A stretch of 64,000 nt of DNA from Escherichia coli (GTDB lineage Bacteria; Pseudomonadota; Gammaproteobacteria; Enterobacterales; Enterobacteriaceae): assembly GCF_030384885.1 (NCBI RefSeq), contig NZ_CP128613.1, one strand, 5' to 3'. A model generated the notes under the pieces. It saw only the letters and a list, made by a program, of their open reading frames with translations, was not told the origin of the DNA and made no database searches. A program made the translations under genes and the position numbers. Positions within the stretch are counted from its first letter, which is position 1. Each line of letters starts with the position of its first letter. Positions 12,209 to 23,509 of the stretch are shown here, piece by piece.

Positions 12209-15200
12209 TTATTTCCGTACCCGATGTCGGTGCAGCCACATCAGCTTATACGCCGCCGGGATAATAAACAGCGACAGCAAAGGTGCGGTGATCATGCCGC
12301 CAATCATCGGCGCGGCAATCCGGCTCATCACCTCTGAACCTGCCCCCGTTCCCCACAAAATCGGCAGCAGACCCGCGATAATCACCGCCACCGTCATCGC
12401 TTTCGGGCGCACGCGCAGTACCGCGCCGTGATATAACGCTTCATCCAGCTTCTGCTCGCTGAATGTTTGCGGGTTATCCAGGGATGGCTCTGCCTCTATG
12501 GCGTGACGTAAATACATCAGCATCACCACGCCAAATTCGGCGGCGACTCCCGCGAGGGCGATAAAGCCAGTGCCCGTTGCCACGGAAAGATGAAAGCCCA
12601 TCCACCACAGCAACCAGATGCCGCCCACCAGCGCAAACGGTACGCTGCTGATAATCAGCAACGCTTCGCCCACGCGACGGAACGCCAGATACAACAGCAC
12701 GAAGATGATCATCAACGTCATCGGCACCATGAGTTTCAGCTTATGGTTGGCGCGCTCCAGTAGCTCGAACTGCCCGGAGAATGCCACGCTGGTGCCCGGT
12801 TTTAACTGCACTTTCTCGGCAATCGCTTTTTGCAAATCGTGAACCACCGACACCATGTCACGATCGCGGGCATCGATATAAATCCAGCTCGTCGGGCGCG
12901 CATTCTCGGTTTTCAGCATCGACGGTCCAGTGGAGACTTTAACGTCGGCCACATCCGCCAGGGTGATTTGCTGCTTCATCGGCGTCAGGATCGGTAGCTG
13001 GCGCAGCGCCTGTGGGCTATCGCGCCAGCTTTGCGGATAACGCAGATTAATTGGATAACGGGCAATCCCTTCCACCGTTTCACCAACCATCGCCCCGCCC
13101 ACCGCAGATGTCACAAACAACTGCACATCCGCCACCGTCATACCGTAACGGGCGGCTTTTTCACGGTTGATCTCAACGTTGATATAGCGCCCACCTTCCA
13201 GACGTTCAGCAAGGGCTGAAGCCACGCCTGGCACCGTTCGCGCCACTTCTTCAATTTGCTCCGCCATCGCGTCGATATCCGCCAGCACAGTGCCGGAAAC
13301 TTTAATGCCGATGGGGCTTTTAATGCCAGTCGAGAGCATATCGATACGGTTACGGATTGGCGGCACCCACAGATTCGCCAGCCCCGGCAGACGCACGGTG
13401 TTGTCCAGTTCCTCAATGATTTTGTCCATCGTCATGCCTGGCCGCCACTGATCCTGTGGCTTAAGCTGAATGGTCGTTTCTACCATCTCCAGCGGAGCAG
13501 AATCGGTGGCGGTTTCCGCTTTCCCGGTTTTGCCAAACACCCGCGCCACTTCCGGCACGCTCATAATCAGCTTGTCGGTTTTTTGCAGCATACTCGCCGC
13601 CTCTGCTGCGGAAATCCCCGGCAGCGTCGATGGCATATACAACAAGTCGCCTTCATTGATCTGCGGTAAAAATTCTCCGCCAACTTTATTGAGCGGCCAG
13701 AGAACCGTCAGTACCGAAAGCGCCGCCACCAACAGCGTGGTTTTAGGCCAGTGCAGTACTTTCAGCAACAGCGGATGATAAACACGAATCAAAAAGCGAT
13801 TGAGCGGATTACTGCTTTCTGGTGGAATTTTGCCACGGATCCAGTAGCCCATCAGGATGGGGATCACTACGATCGCCAGCAGCGCCGCGCCCGCCATCGC
13901 ATACGTTTTGGTGAACGCCAGCGGGCCAAACAGACGCCCTTCCTGCCCTTCCAGGGTGAAGATCGGGATAAACGACAGCGTGATAATCAGCAGACTGATA
14001 AACAGCGCTGGCCCCACTTCAACAGATGCATCGGTGATCACCTGCCAGCGCGTTTTATTATCCAGCGTGGCGTCAGGATGCTGGTGCTGCCACTCTTCCA
14101 GCCGTTTATGCGCATTCTCGATCATGACGATAGCGGCATCGACCATCGCCCCGACGGCAATCGCAATACCGCCCAGCGACATAATATTGGCATTCAGCCC
14201 CTGGAAGTGCATGATAATAAAAGCAATACACAACCCCAGCGGCAACGAAATAATCGCCACCAGTGCCGAGCGCACATGCCAGAGAAACAGCGCGCAGACA
14301 ACCGCCACCACAATAAACTCTTCCAGCAACTTGCTGCTGAGGTTGTCGATGGCGCGGTCAATGAGCTGGCTGCGATCGTATGTTGTAACTATCTCCACGC
14401 CTTCCGGCAGACTGCTTTTCAGCGTTTCCAGTTTGTCCTTCACGGCGGCGATCACTTCACGGGCGTTTTTGCCGGAGCGCAGGATCACCACCCCGCCCGC
14501 CACTTCGCCTTCACCATTGAGTTCGGCAATGCCCCGGCGCATCTCCGGGCCAATCTGGACCTTCGCAACATCACGCAGATAAACGGGCACGCCATTTTCG
14601 CTGGCTTTTAAAACGATGTGATTAAAGTCGTCGAGCGTTTGCAGATAGCCGCTGGCGCGCACCATATATTCCGCTTCCGCCAGTTCGATCGACGAACCGC
14701 CCGCTTCCTGGTTTGAAGCATCCAGCGCATTTTTCACTTCGGCGAGACTGATGCCATACTGCGCCAGGCGCTGAGGATCGATAACCACCTGATACTCTTT
14801 CACCACACCGCCCACCGACGCCACTTCCGCAACGTCAGGGATGGTTTTCAGCTCATATTTGAGAAACCAGTCCTGCAATGAACGTAAATCGGCCAGATCG
14901 TGCTTACCGCTGCGATCCACCAGCGCGTATTCATAGATCCAGCCAACACCCGTGGCATCTGGCCCCAACTCGGCGCTGACTCCCGCAGGCAGCTTACCCT
15001 GTACCTGGTTGAGGTACTCCAGCACCCGCGAGCGCGCCCAGTACGGATCGGTGCCATCTTCGAAAATGACATATACATAAGAGTCGCCAAACTGCGAGAA
15101 ACCGCGCACAGTCTTCGCGCCAGGTACTGACAACATGGTGGTGGTTAGTGGATAAGTCAACTGATTTTCAACGATTTGCGGTGCCTGACCGGGATAGCTG

Positions 15201-15352
15201 GTTTTAATAATCACCTGCACATCGGAGAGATCCGGCAGCGCATCCACTGGCGTGTTAATGATAGTCCAGGTGCCCCAGATACTCAGAAACAACGCGCCGA
15301 TCAGCACCAGAAAACGGTTCGCCACCGAGCGACGAATAATCCATTCAATCAT
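12209..15352 (-). CDS. cusA: Cu(I)/Ag(I) efflux RND transporter, inner-membrane pump
   Basis: 1047-aa ORF recognised as CusA. Confidence 0.9.
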   Translation of the reverse strand: MIEWIIRRSVANRFLVLIGALFLSIWGTWTIINTPVDALPDLSDVQVIIKTSYPGQAPQIVENQLTYPLTTTMLSVPGAKTVRGFSQFGDSYVYVIFEDGTDPYWARSRVLEYLNQVQGKLPAGVSAELGPDATGVGWIYEYALVDRSGKHDLADLRSLQDWFLKYELKTIPDVAEVASVGGVVKEYQVVIDPQRLAQYGISLAEVKNALDASNQEAGGSSIELAEAEYMVRASGYLQTLDDFNHIVLKASENGVPVYLRDVAKVQIGPEMRRGIAELNGEGEVAGGVVILRSGKNAREVIAAVKDKLETLKSSLPEGVEIVTTYDRSQLIDRAIDNLSSKLLEEFIVVAVVCALFLWHVRSALVAIISLPLGLCIAFIIMHFQGLNANIMSLGGIAIAVGAMVDAAIVMIENAHKRLEEWQHQHPDATLDNKTRWQVITDASVEVGPALFISLLIITLSFIPIFTLEGQEGRLFGPLAFTKTYAMAGAALLAIVVIPILMGYWIRGKIPPESSNPLNRFLIRVYHPLLLKVLHWPKTTLLVAALSVLTVLWPLNKVGGEFLPQINEGDLLYMPSTLPGISAAEAASMLQKTDKLIMSVPEVARVFGKTGKAETATDSAPLEMVETTIQLKPQDQWRPGMTMDKIIEELDNTVRLPGLANLWVPPIRNRIDMLSTGIKSPIGIKVSGTVLADIDAMAEQIEEVARTVPGVASALAERLEGGRYINVEINREKAARYGMTVADVQLFVTSAVGGAMVGETVEGIARYPINLRYPQSWRDSPQALRQLPILTPMKQQITLADVADVKVSTGPSMLKTENARPTSWIYIDARDRDMVSVVHDLQKAIAEKVQLKPGTSVAFSGQFELLERANHKLKLMVPMTLMIIFVLLYLAFRRVGEALLIISSVPFALVGGIWLLWWMGFHLSVATGTGFIALAGVAAEFGVVMLMYLRHAIEAEPSLDNPQTFSEQKLDEALYHGAVLRVRPKAMTVAVIIAGLLPILWGTGAGSEVMSRIAAPMIGGMITAPLLSLFIIPAAYKLMWLHRHRVRK

Positions 15353-15363
15353 TGGTTATTCCC

Positions 15364-16587
15364 TCAATGCGCATGGGTAGCACTTTCAGAGCGCATCCGC
15401 TCCAGTGCGCCAGAAATATTGGCTTCAGAATCAATCAGGAACAGGCCGCTGGAAACCACCTTTTCACCTTCCGCCAGACCAGAACGTAGCGCGGTGACGC
15501 CTTGCGACGCCTGGAAAACAGCAACGCGTTTCGGTACAAAGCGCCCGTCGGCATCAACGGTAATCACCCGCTGTTCGTTACCAGTATCAATCAGTGCCTG
15601 TGACGGAATGAGCAGCATCGGTTCGCTGGCGGTGTTGAGTTGCAACCAGGCGTTCATTCCCGGTTTTAGCGCCTCGTCGGCGTTGTCGACTTCCAGACGC
15701 AGTTGTAGCGTGCGGGTCGCGGCATCCACGCCAGGTAGCAGCGTCCATTTGCGGATGGTGAGTGTTTTATCCGGTCGTGCCGGAACGGTGAGCGTAAACT
15801 GCGAGGCATCTTTCACCAGCCAGGCGATGGACTCCGGGATCGCTGCAGTGACCCACACCGGGTCCATACCCTGAATTTTCGCGACCACGTTATCTTTGGC
15901 GATATTCATTCCCGCACGCAGATCAAACGCGGTGATCACGCCATCAATGGGCGCTTTGAGCGTAAAGCGAGTCTGGATTTTTTGCGTGGCGATCAGGCGG
16001 CGAATATCCGCCTCCGGCATTCCCGCCAGCCGCAGGCGTTCAAGAATGCCTTCAGTCTGGGTCGCCGTACCGCCGGTTTCGCGCAGCAGTAAATACTCAC
16101 TCTGCGCTTCCACCCAGTCGGGAATGGTCAGGTCGAGAAGCGGTGTGCCCTTTTGCACTTTATCGCCCACGGTGAGCGGATACACCTTGTCGATAAACCC
16201 GGCGGCGCGGGCCTGCACAATGGCAAACTGATACTCGTTGTAACTGACATTCGCTGGGAAACTCTGGGCAAAAGTCAGCGGCCCGCGCGTGACGGTCGCC
16301 GTTTTCACCCCCAGATTTTGCGTCTGGGTCGGGTCAATGCGCACACCAGACGCAGAACTCTCTTCATCGGCATATTTCGGCACCAGATCCATATCCATAA
16401 ACGGCGATTTACCTGGTTTATCGAACCGCGTATTGGGATACATCGGGTCGTACCAGAATAATATTTTACGTTCTGCGGTCGGCGTTTTTTCTGCGGGCGG
16501 TTCAGCCTTTGCAAACCAGGTAAAACCTGCCGCAGAAATAATACCGCCCGCGATCATGCTGCCGATAATAAGCGCGATTTTTTTCAT
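15364..16587 (-). CDS. cusB: Cu(I)/Ag(I) efflux membrane fusion protein
   Basis: 407-aa ORF immediately upstream of cusA. Confidence 0.9.
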   Translation of the reverse strand: MKKIALIIGSMIAGGIISAAGFTWFAKAEPPAEKTPTAERKILFWYDPMYPNTRFDKPGKSPFMDMDLVPKYADEESSASGVRIDPTQTQNLGVKTATVTRGPLTFAQSFPANVSYNEYQFAIVQARAAGFIDKVYPLTVGDKVQKGTPLLDLTIPDWVEAQSEYLLLRETGGTATQTEGILERLRLAGMPEADIRRLIATQKIQTRFTLKAPIDGVITAFDLRAGMNIAKDNVVAKIQGMDPVWVTAAIPESIAWLVKDASQFTLTVPARPDKTLTIRKWTLLPGVDAATRTLQLRLEVDNADEALKPGMNAWLQLNTASEPMLLIPSQALIDTGNEQRVITVDADGRFVPKRVAVFQASQGVTALRSGLAEGEKVVSSGLFLIDSEANISGALERMRSESATHAH

Positions 16588-16602
16588 CTCATTAAACCTG
16601 GG

Positions 16603-16935
16603 TTACTGGCTGACTTTAATATCCTGTAATAAAGAAAGGTTGCCCTGCTGGACAAAATTAAACGCTACTTTGTCGCCAGTTTTAATTTCACTCATTTTCG
16701 TCTGCGGGGTGATGGTAAAGCGCATGGTCATCTCCGGCCAGTTCACGGCGGCAATCGGATCGTGGTGGATGGTGATTTTTTTGCTTTCCAGATCAATAGT
16801 TTTTACCACACCGGTGGCGCTAATGACCTGTGGTTGTGCCTCGCTCATGGTTTCATGATGATGTTCGTTAGCCTGGGCATTAAAGCCAATAACAGTAAAC
16901 AGACTGAACATTGCGACTTGCAGTGCTTTTTTCAT
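16603..16935 (-). CDS. cusF: Periplasmic copper/silver chaperone
   Basis: 110-aa ORF with signal peptide, recognised as CusF. Confidence 0.9.
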   Translation of the reverse strand: MKKALQVAMFSLFTVIGFNAQANEHHHETMSEAQPQVISATGVVKTIDLESKKITIHHDPIAAVNWPEMTMRFTITPQTKMSEIKTGDKVAFNFVQQGNLSLLQDIKVSQ

Positions 16936-16958
16936 TTATTCTCTCCTGAAGTTAAAAA

Positions 16959-18341
16959 TTATTGCTGCCAACCGCCCCCTAAGGCGGTATATAAAGAAAT
17001 TTCGTTAACCTGACGGGCATAATTCAGGTCGAGTAAAGTTTGTCGGGTTGCAAATAAGGAACGCTCGGCATCCAGCACTTCCAGATAACTTACCGCGCCG
17101 TGCTGATATAATGCCCGCGCCCGTTGCAACGTAATTTGCAGCGACGCCAGATAACGCTGCTGGGCGCTGATTTGATCGTTCAGGCTTTGACGTAATGCCA
17201 GCGCATCTGCCACTTCTTTAAAGGCGTTCTGAATTTTCTGTTCATAATTCACCACCGACTGCTGCTGGCGAATTTCGGCGATATCCAGATTGGCCTGGTT
17301 GCGTCCGGCATTAAAAATGGGGATCTGAATTTTGGGAATAAAATTCCACATCCCGCTGCTGGCGTTAAATAATGATGACAGATCGCTGCTGGCGGTTGAT
17401 ATTCCACTGGTCAGGCTTATAGACGGGAAAAATGCCGCACGCGCAGCACCAATATTGGCATTGGCCGCCATTAACGCGTGTTCAGCTTCCATAATATCCG
17501 GGCGCTGCAATAAGATTTGCGACGACAAGCCCGCCGGTAATTTAACGCTTTGCAGGCTGTCGCTGTTTACTGTCTGCGCTTGCGGCAGCTTGCCGTAGTT
17601 TCCCAATAACAGTTGCAATGCATTATTCGCCTGCGCCAGTTCCCCCTGACGTTTAGCGATATCACTGCGGGTACTTTCTATCACCCCGCGAGCCTGTTCC
17701 AGCGCCAGAACATTGCTGCTACCGGTCAACAGTTGTTTTTCAACAAACGCATATGACTGCTGATAATTACGCAGCGTTTCTTCGGCTATTTGTAATTGCG
17801 CATAAGCCAGTTGCTGATTGAAATAGCTTTGCGCGACATTAGAAACTAGCAGAATATGCACCGCGCGCTGAGCTTCCTCAGTGGCTAAATAATTTTGTCG
17901 CTCGGCTTCGCTCATGTTCTTTAAGCGACCGAAAAAATCGAGATCAAAGCTGGCGTTAAGGCCAGTCGAGAACTCCCGCGTCGTGGCTGAATCGCCTTTA
18001 AGATTGCCGCTCCAGCTGCCGCTACCCTCGCCATTGAGCTGCGGGTAGCGGTCGGCATCGGTCAGACGATATTGCGCCCGTGCCTCCTGCACTTTCAGTG
18101 TCGCCATGCGCAAATCCCGGTTATTCACCAGCGCCTCGCTAATCAGCGTCTTCACCTGATTATCAACAAAAAAGGTGCGCCAGCCCGCGTTCTGGTAGTT
18201 ATCTACCGCGTTAACCAGGCCGTTCTGGCTGAGTGAGAACTGCTGCGGCACGGGCATTGCCGGACGCTGATAATCCGGTGCCAGTGAACAACCGGTTAGC
18301 GCAAGGGCCACACAAAATGGCAGAAGTTTACAAGGAGACAT
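16959..18341 (-). CDS. cusC: Cu(I)/Ag(I) efflux outer-membrane factor (lipoprotein)
   Basis: ORF track 16959..18347; lipobox LTGC near the N-terminus. Confidence 0.85.
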   Translation of the reverse strand: MSPCKLLPFCVALALTGCSLAPDYQRPAMPVPQQFSLSQNGLVNAVDNYQNAGWRTFFVDNQVKTLISEALVNNRDLRMATLKVQEARAQYRLTDADRYPQLNGEGSGSWSGNLKGDSATTREFSTGLNASFDLDFFGRLKNMSEAERQNYLATEEAQRAVHILLVSNVAQSYFNQQLAYAQLQIAEETLRNYQQSYAFVEKQLLTGSSNVLALEQARGVIESTRSDIAKRQGELAQANNALQLLLGNYGKLPQAQTVNSDSLQSVKLPAGLSSQILLQRPDIMEAEHALMAANANIGAARAAFFPSISLTSGISTASSDLSSLFNASSGMWNFIPKIQIPIFNAGRNQANLDIAEIRQQQSVVNYEQKIQNAFKEVADALALRQSLNDQISAQQRYLASLQITLQRARALYQHGAVSYLEVLDAERSLFATRQTLLDLNYARQVNEISLYTALGGGWQQ

Positions 18342-18410
18342 AGGCACATAATTTCTGGTGATTTTATGCCGCCAACTTTACACGCCAGGCTCTGATTTTC
18401 CGGTGACAGG

Positions 18411-18434
18411 AAAATGACAAAATTGTCATTTTGC
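18411..18434. promoter_or_regulatory. Candidate CusR box in the cusC-cusR divergent promoter
   Basis: Perfect palindrome AAAATGACAAAATTGTCATTTT in the intergenic region. Confidence 0.6.
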
Positions 18435-18497
18435 CAATAAGCGATTGCCATCTGATCCCGCTACTCTAGAATTGCCCGGGCAACATGCGGAGGAAAT

Positions 18498-19181
18498 ATG
18501 AAACTGTTGATTGTCGAAGATGAAAAGAAAACCGGCGAATACTTAACCAAAGGGTTAACCGAGGCCGGTTTTGTGGTTGATTTGGCCGATAACGGGCTGA
18601 ATGGATATCATCTGGCGATGACAGGTGATTATGACCTGATAATCCTCGATATTATGCTGCCGGACGTGAACGGCTGGGATATTGTGCGCATGTTGCGTTC
18701 CGCCAATAAAGGGATGCCGATTCTGTTGCTTACCGCGCTTGGCACCATTGAACATCGCGTCAAGGGGCTGGAGCTGGGAGCGGATGACTATCTGGTGAAG
18801 CCGTTCGCTTTTGCTGAACTGCTGGCACGGGTGCGCACTCTACTGCGGCGCGGGGCGGCGGTAATTATCGAAAGTCAGTTTCAGGTTGCCGATTTAATAG
18901 TTGATCTGGTCAGCCGCAAAGTCACCCGCAGCGGCACGCGCATCACTTTGACCAGTAAAGAATTTACTCTGCTGGAGTTTTTCCTCCGCCATCAGGGTGA
19001 AGTGCTGCCCCGCTCGCTTATCGCCTCGCAGGTGTGGGACATGAATTTCGACAGCGACACTAACGCTATTGATGTGGCGGTGAAGCGGCTACGCGGCAAA
19101 ATCGACAATGATTTCGAGCCAAAGTTAATTCAGACCGTACGCGGCGTAGGTTACATGCTTGAGGTGCCGGATGGCCAGTAA
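18498..19181 (+). CDS. cusR: Copper-responsive two-component response regulator (OmpR family)
   Basis: 227-aa [23 protein letters not shown]... recognised as CusR. Confidence 0.9.
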   Translation: MKLLIVEDEKKTGEYLTKGLTEAGFVVDLADNGLNGYHLAMTGDYDLIILDIMLPDVNGWDIVRMLRSANKGMPILLLTALGTIEHRVKGLELGADDYLVKPFAFAELLARVRTLLRRGAAVIIESQFQVADLIVDLVSRKVTRSGTRITLTSKEFTLLEFFLRHQGEVLPRSLIASQVWDMNFDSDTNAIDVAVKRLRGKIDNDFEPKLIQTVRGVGYMLEVPDGQ

Positions 19182-20619
19182 GCCGTTTCAGCGCCCGTTT
19201 TCGCTGGCAACCCGCCTGACCTTTTTTATCAGCCTTGCCACCATTGCAGCGTTTTTCGTCTTTGCCTGGATCATGATCCACTCGGTAAAAGTGCATTTTG
19301 CCGAGCAGGATATTAATGATTTAAAAGAGATTAGCGCCACATTCAGGCGTGTTCTTAATCATCCCGAAGAGACACAAGCCCGACGCTTAATGACGCTGGA
19401 AGATATCGTCAGTGGTTATTCCAACGTGTTGATTTCTCTGGCAGATAGCCACGGTAAAACGGTGTATCACTCCCCCGGTGCGCCGGATATCCGCGAGTTT
19501 GCACGTGATGCCATACCCGATAAAGACGCTCGGGGCGGCAAGGTGTATCTCCTTTCCGGCCCGACAATGATGATGCCAGGCCACGGTCACGGGCATATGG
19601 AACACAGCAACTGGCGGATGATTAACTTGCCGGTTGGCCCGTTGGTGGACGGCAAACCGATTTATACGCTCTACATCGCGCTGTCTATCGATTTTCATCT
19701 TCATTACATTAATGATTTGATGAATAAACTTATTATGACCGCATCGATCATCAGCATCCTGATCGTCTTTATCATGCTGTTGGCGGTACATAAAGGCCAC
19801 GCGCCAATTCGCAGCGTCAGCCGTCAAATCCAGAACATTACCTCGAAAGATCTCGACGTTCGCCTTGACCCGCAGACCGTGCCGATTGAGCTGGAACAGC
19901 TGGTACTGTCGTTCAACCATATGATCGAGCGTATTGAGGATGTCTTTACCCGCCAGTCCAATTTCTCAGCGGATATCGCTCACGAAATTCGTACGCCAAT
20001 TACGAATCTCATTACGCAAACGGAAATCGCCCTCAGCCAGTCGCGCAGCCAGAAGGAGCTGGAAGATGTGCTCTACTCTAATCTCGAAGAGCTGACGCGA
20101 ATGGCGAAAATGGTCAGCGATATGCTGTTTCTCGCTCAGGCCGATAACAACCAGTTAATCCCCGAAAAGAAAATGCTCAACCTGGCGGATGAAGTTGGCA
20201 AAGTGTTCGATTTTTTCGAGGCGTTAGCGGAAGATCGCGGCGTAGCACTACGGTTTGTTGGCGACAAATGTCAGGTTGCGGGCGATCCGCTGATGCTGCG
20301 TCGGGCGCTAAGCAACCTGCTTTCTAACGCTCTGCGTTATACGCCGCCCGGAGAGGCAATTGTAGTGCGCTGCCAGACGGTCGATCACCAGGTGCAAGTT
20401 ACCGTCGAAAACCCCGGTACGCCCATTGCGCCCGAGCATTTACCGCGTTTGTTTGACCGTTTCTACCGCGTTGATCCTTCCCGCCAGCGAAAAGGTGAAG
20501 GTAGCGGCATTGGGCTGGCGATAGTGAAATCGATTGTTGTCGCGCATAAAGGCACGGTTGCAGTAACGTCAGATGCGCGGGGAACAAGGTTTATGATCAA
20601 ACTACCGGAGAAAGGTTAA
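19171..20619 (+). CDS. cusS: Copper/silver sensor histidine kinase
   Basis: ORF track 19159..20619; start placed at [10 protein letters not shown]; histidine-kinase H box ([11 protein letters not shown]) present; overlaps the cusR 3' end. Confidence 0.85.
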   Translation: MASKPFQRPFSLATRLTFFISLATIAAFFVFAWIMIHSVKVHFAEQDINDLKEISATFRRVLNHPEETQARRLMTLEDIVSGYSNVLISLADSHGKTVYHSPGAPDIREFARDAIPDKDARGGKVYLLSGPTMMMPGHGHGHMEHSNWRMINLPVGPLVDGKPIYTLYIALSIDFHLHYINDLMNKLIMTASIISILIVFIMLLAVHKGHAPIRSVSRQIQNITSKDLDVRLDPQTVPIELEQLVLSFNHMIERIEDVFTRQSNFSADIAHEIRTPITNLITQTEIALSQSRSQKELEDVLYSNLEELTRMAKMVSDMLFLAQADNNQLIPEKKMLNLADEVGKVFDFFEALAEDRGVALRFVGDKCQVAGDPLMLRRALSNLLSNALRYTPPGEAIVVRCQTVDHQVQVTVENPGTPIAPEHLPRLFDRFYRVDPSRQRKGEGSGIGLAIVKSIVVAHKGTVAVTSDARGTRFMIKLPEKG

Positions 20620-21415
20620 TTAGTTAGTTCAAACTCAAAGAGTGATGTATCGCCTTCTGTTATTATTTATCAATAAAACAGGGAAGACCTTATTGGTCGT
20701 CTGAAATCGACGGTTATTCATTTTCGGATATTTACGAGATATTTAGATATGCAATTTAATCAAATTCGTGTTTCTACCAATTGTAGAGCACAATGCTATT
20801 ACTAAATTTTCATCACTATAAAAGAATCGGCTATAATATAAAGCGCAGTCAGGCATCATTAATCTCTATATTATTCACACAATCTATTTATCAAGTGAAT
20901 TTGATAAATTCCTAATTTAAAATATTCACTATTAAGCCAGCGTCTAACGACGTTAAGATGGCAATGTGCAGATCATGTTATCAGGGTGGGGCGGTAGCGT
21001 ATATTCCTTATACAAACCATCATTCATTTCAATAATGTTTATTGAGTTATTTATTATTGTGAATAAAAAGACATTACAAATATTGGTTTGACTTTGCATA
21101 TCAGGTGTTTTTTTTGTTACTCGATGTAATATACGAGCCTGTCCTTAATAACATCGTGAACCCGTCAGTTGAGTTTGTGATTATTTTGTTGAGTCAACAG
21201 CCCCCTGTTTCTCTGAAGTAAAATCCCGGACAAAATCATCACATAACCATGACACTTTTCTGATATTCCCCGGTAACGCCTGAAGCCTGCCCGCTTACCT
21301 GAAGGCGCAGTCTGCGGGCAGGCACCGGATAAGTGAAGAGACTGACCAGTATGCCGGAGGCCACCGGCTGAAACAGGCCGGAAACACGCAGTATGACTAT
21401 GACGCCGCAGGCCGG

Positions 21416-22534
21416 ATGGTCAGCCGCACCAGGCACCGTGACGGCTACCGCCCGGAAACAGAGCGGTTCCGGTGGGACAGCCGGGACCAGCTGACCGGGT
21501 ATTGCAGCGCACTGGGGGTGCAGTGGGAATACCGCCACGACGCCAGCGGCAGACGGACGGAAAAACGCTGCGACCGGAAGAAAATCCGTTTTACGTACCT
21601 GTGGGACGGCGACAGTATTGCGGAAATGCGGGAATACCGGGATGATAAACTGTACAGCGTACGGCACCTGGTGTTTAACGGCTTTGAGCTGCTGAGTCAG
21701 CAGTTCAGCCGGGAAAGGCAGCCGCATCCGTCCGTGGCCCCGCAGTGGGTGACGCGGACGAGCCATGCGGTAAGCGACCTGACAGGCCGCCCGGTGATGC
21801 TCTTTAACAGTGAAGGTAAAACCGTCTGGCGGCCGGGACAGACCAGCCTGTGGGGGCTGGCACTCAGCCTGCCCGCAGACACCGGCTACCCGGACCCGCG
21901 CGGGGAACTGGACCCGGAAGCCGACCCCGGCCTGCTGTATGCAGGACAGTGGCAGGATGCAGAATCCGGGCTGTGCTATAACCGGTTCCGGTACTACGAG
22001 CCGGAAACCGGGATGTACCTGGTGAGTGACCCCCTGGGGCTGGCCGGGGGGGAGCAGACTTACCGGTATGTGCCTAATCCATGTGGGTATGTTGATCCTT
22101 TGGGATTAGCAACGTGTCCCATAATCAGACAGCGGGTGCTTGCTAACCTCGAAGCCAGTCGGGCAGCAAGAGTTACATCAAATTTTGGTAAGCCTCTGGT
22201 TCAGGGAAATAAAACGATTGGCGATAAAGTAAGGGATATAATTGCCAAAGAGAGGGGAACCACTCTAATTGAACAAAATTATAGAGTGACAGGAGGATTA
22301 AGGCGTATTGACGTTGTTGATGGAGTAACGGGTATTGAATCTAAAGTCGGTCGAACAGGGATAACTGCCCGAGTACGGCAAGAGGTAGCCCGTGATATTA
22401 AGATTTTGAGAAGTGGGCAACTTGATCAAATTGAATGGGTGTTTACAAGAAGTCCAACTACAGGGAAGATTGGGCCAACTAAACCACTTGAAGATCTGTT
22501 AAATAAACATGGTATACCGATTATTTATCGATAA
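21416..22534 (+). CDS. Orphan Rhs fragment: 5'-truncated YD-repeat core plus variable C-terminal toxin domain (candidate PD-(D/E)xK nuclease)
   Basis: Reading frame is open from about 21283 with no proper N-terminus; YD-repeat-like sequence (QYDYDAAGRMVS) and Rhs core terminus YYEPETGMYLVSDPLGLAGGEQTYRYVPNPCGYVDPLGLA; downstream 141 aa (22109-22531) carry RRIDVVDGVTGIESKVGRTG, a D...ExK-like motif. Confidence 0.75.
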   Translation: MVSRTRHRDGYRPETERFRWDSRDQLTGYCSALGVQWEYRHDASGRRTEKRCDRKKIRFTYLWDGDSIAEMREYRDDKLYSVRHLVFNGFELLSQQFSRERQPHPSVAPQWVTRTSHAVSDLTGRPVMLFNSEGKTVWRPGQTSLWGLALSLPADTGYPDPRGELDPEADPGLLYAGQWQDAESGLCYNRFRYYEPETGMYLVSDPLGLAGGEQTYRYVPNPCGYVDPLGLATCPIIRQRVLANLEASRAARVTSNFGKPLVQGNKTIGDKVRDIIAKERGTTLIEQNYRVTGGLRRIDVVDGVTGIESKVGRTGITARVRQEVARDIKILRSGQLDQIEWVFTRSPTTGKIGPTKPLEDLLNKHGIPIIYR

Positions 22535-22545
22535 GGAGTGATAGT

Positions 22546-23103
22546 GTGAAACTCAAACCGATTGGTGATTTTTTAATTAATAGTGGGTTCGTGAAAAATA
22601 GTGACACTGACTTTTATAAAGTGCATGATAAGTTTGTATACTGTATAAATTTTCAAAAAAAGAGCACGGGTGATATTTTTTTTATAAACACAGGTGTTCA
22701 TCCTATATTCGAAGGTTTTTGCAATGAACTACCAACAAAAGAAATAGATTGCTACATTCGTAATCGTGTGTGTGATGGACTAAGTATATCTTTGCTGAAT
22801 TCTTTTGAAGGTGATGAATTTGTTATCAATGAGATAAAGGATAAAGCGTTTTGTTTTTTTGAATACTTTGATTCATTGAATAAAATATTCGATAGTATTC
22901 GTGTTGTCGATATTGAAGAGAGAAATATTTGCGATGAGCTAAGTAATGTAAGTAGCGTAAGATTAGCTTTGATGTGTATGAACTACCAATATGAGAAAAA
23001 AAATTTGGGACTTGCTTCAGATTTTGCGAACTATGGTCTTGCTATATCTAGAGGCCCGGTACCGAAAAAAGCATTTAAGGATATGATAAAAAAAATAGAG
23101 TGA
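22546..23103 (+). CDS. Candidate cognate immunity protein for the Rhs C-terminal toxin
   Basis: 185-aa ORF starting GTG 12 nt after the rhs stop with an AAGGAG ribosome-binding site; very AT-rich; position typical of rhsI genes. Confidence 0.6.
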   Translation: MKLKPIGDFLINSGFVKNSDTDFYKVHDKFVYCINFQKKSTGDIFFINTGVHPIFEGFCNELPTKEIDCYIRNRVCDGLSISLLNSFEGDEFVINEIKDKAFCFFEYFDSLNKIFDSIRVVDIEERNICDELSNVSSVRLALMCMNYQYEKKNLGLASDFANYGLAISRGPVPKKAFKDMIKKIE

Positions 23104-23408
23104 TATCTAATCCGCTGTAATGCCAATTGTCTGTGTACAGAGAAGGTTAACGGCCTGGATGAGACAATCGTCTACACATGGGACGCTGCAGGCCGCCTGG
23201 CAGAAATCATCGCCCCGGAAGGGAAAACGCAGTACGCGTATGACAAATCCGGCAGGCTGACGGGTATCTTCAGCCCGGACGGCATATCACAGCGCACCGG
23301 CTACGACGAACGCGGGCGGGTGAATGTCGCCACGCAGGGCAGACGGGCCATTGAATACCACTACCCAGGGAAAGATCACGTAACGCTGCTTTTTTGTACT
23401 AAACAATT
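23104..23408 (+). pseudogene. Rhs core (YD-repeat) remnant with no start codon or C-terminal domain
   Basis: Frame opens directly after the immunity-gene stop: ...DETIVYTWDAAGRLAEIIAPEGKTQYAYDKSGRLTGIFSPDGISQRTGYDERGRV...; ends just before the H-rpt element. Confidence 0.6.
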
Positions 23409-23509
23409 CGAATTTTATGTTTAAAAATTGAGATATTCCTCATTACCTGAAGCTGTTTTTTATTGCTTATACATGATCAAATACTCCTTACATAATTAAG
23501 GAGAACAAA

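Noticed and set aside
13751..14611. Long plus-strand ORFs (13751..14611 and 13857..14582) antisense to cusA
   Set aside because: They lie entirely inside the 1047-aa cusA CDS on the other strand and have low-complexity, R/H/Q-rich translations; they are shadow ORFs of a GC-rich gene.
21239..21766. 175-aa minus-strand ORF overlapping the Rhs fragment
   Set aside because: It is antisense to the recognisable YD-repeat frame and is proline/arginine-rich; typical shadow ORF in GC-rich rhs core.
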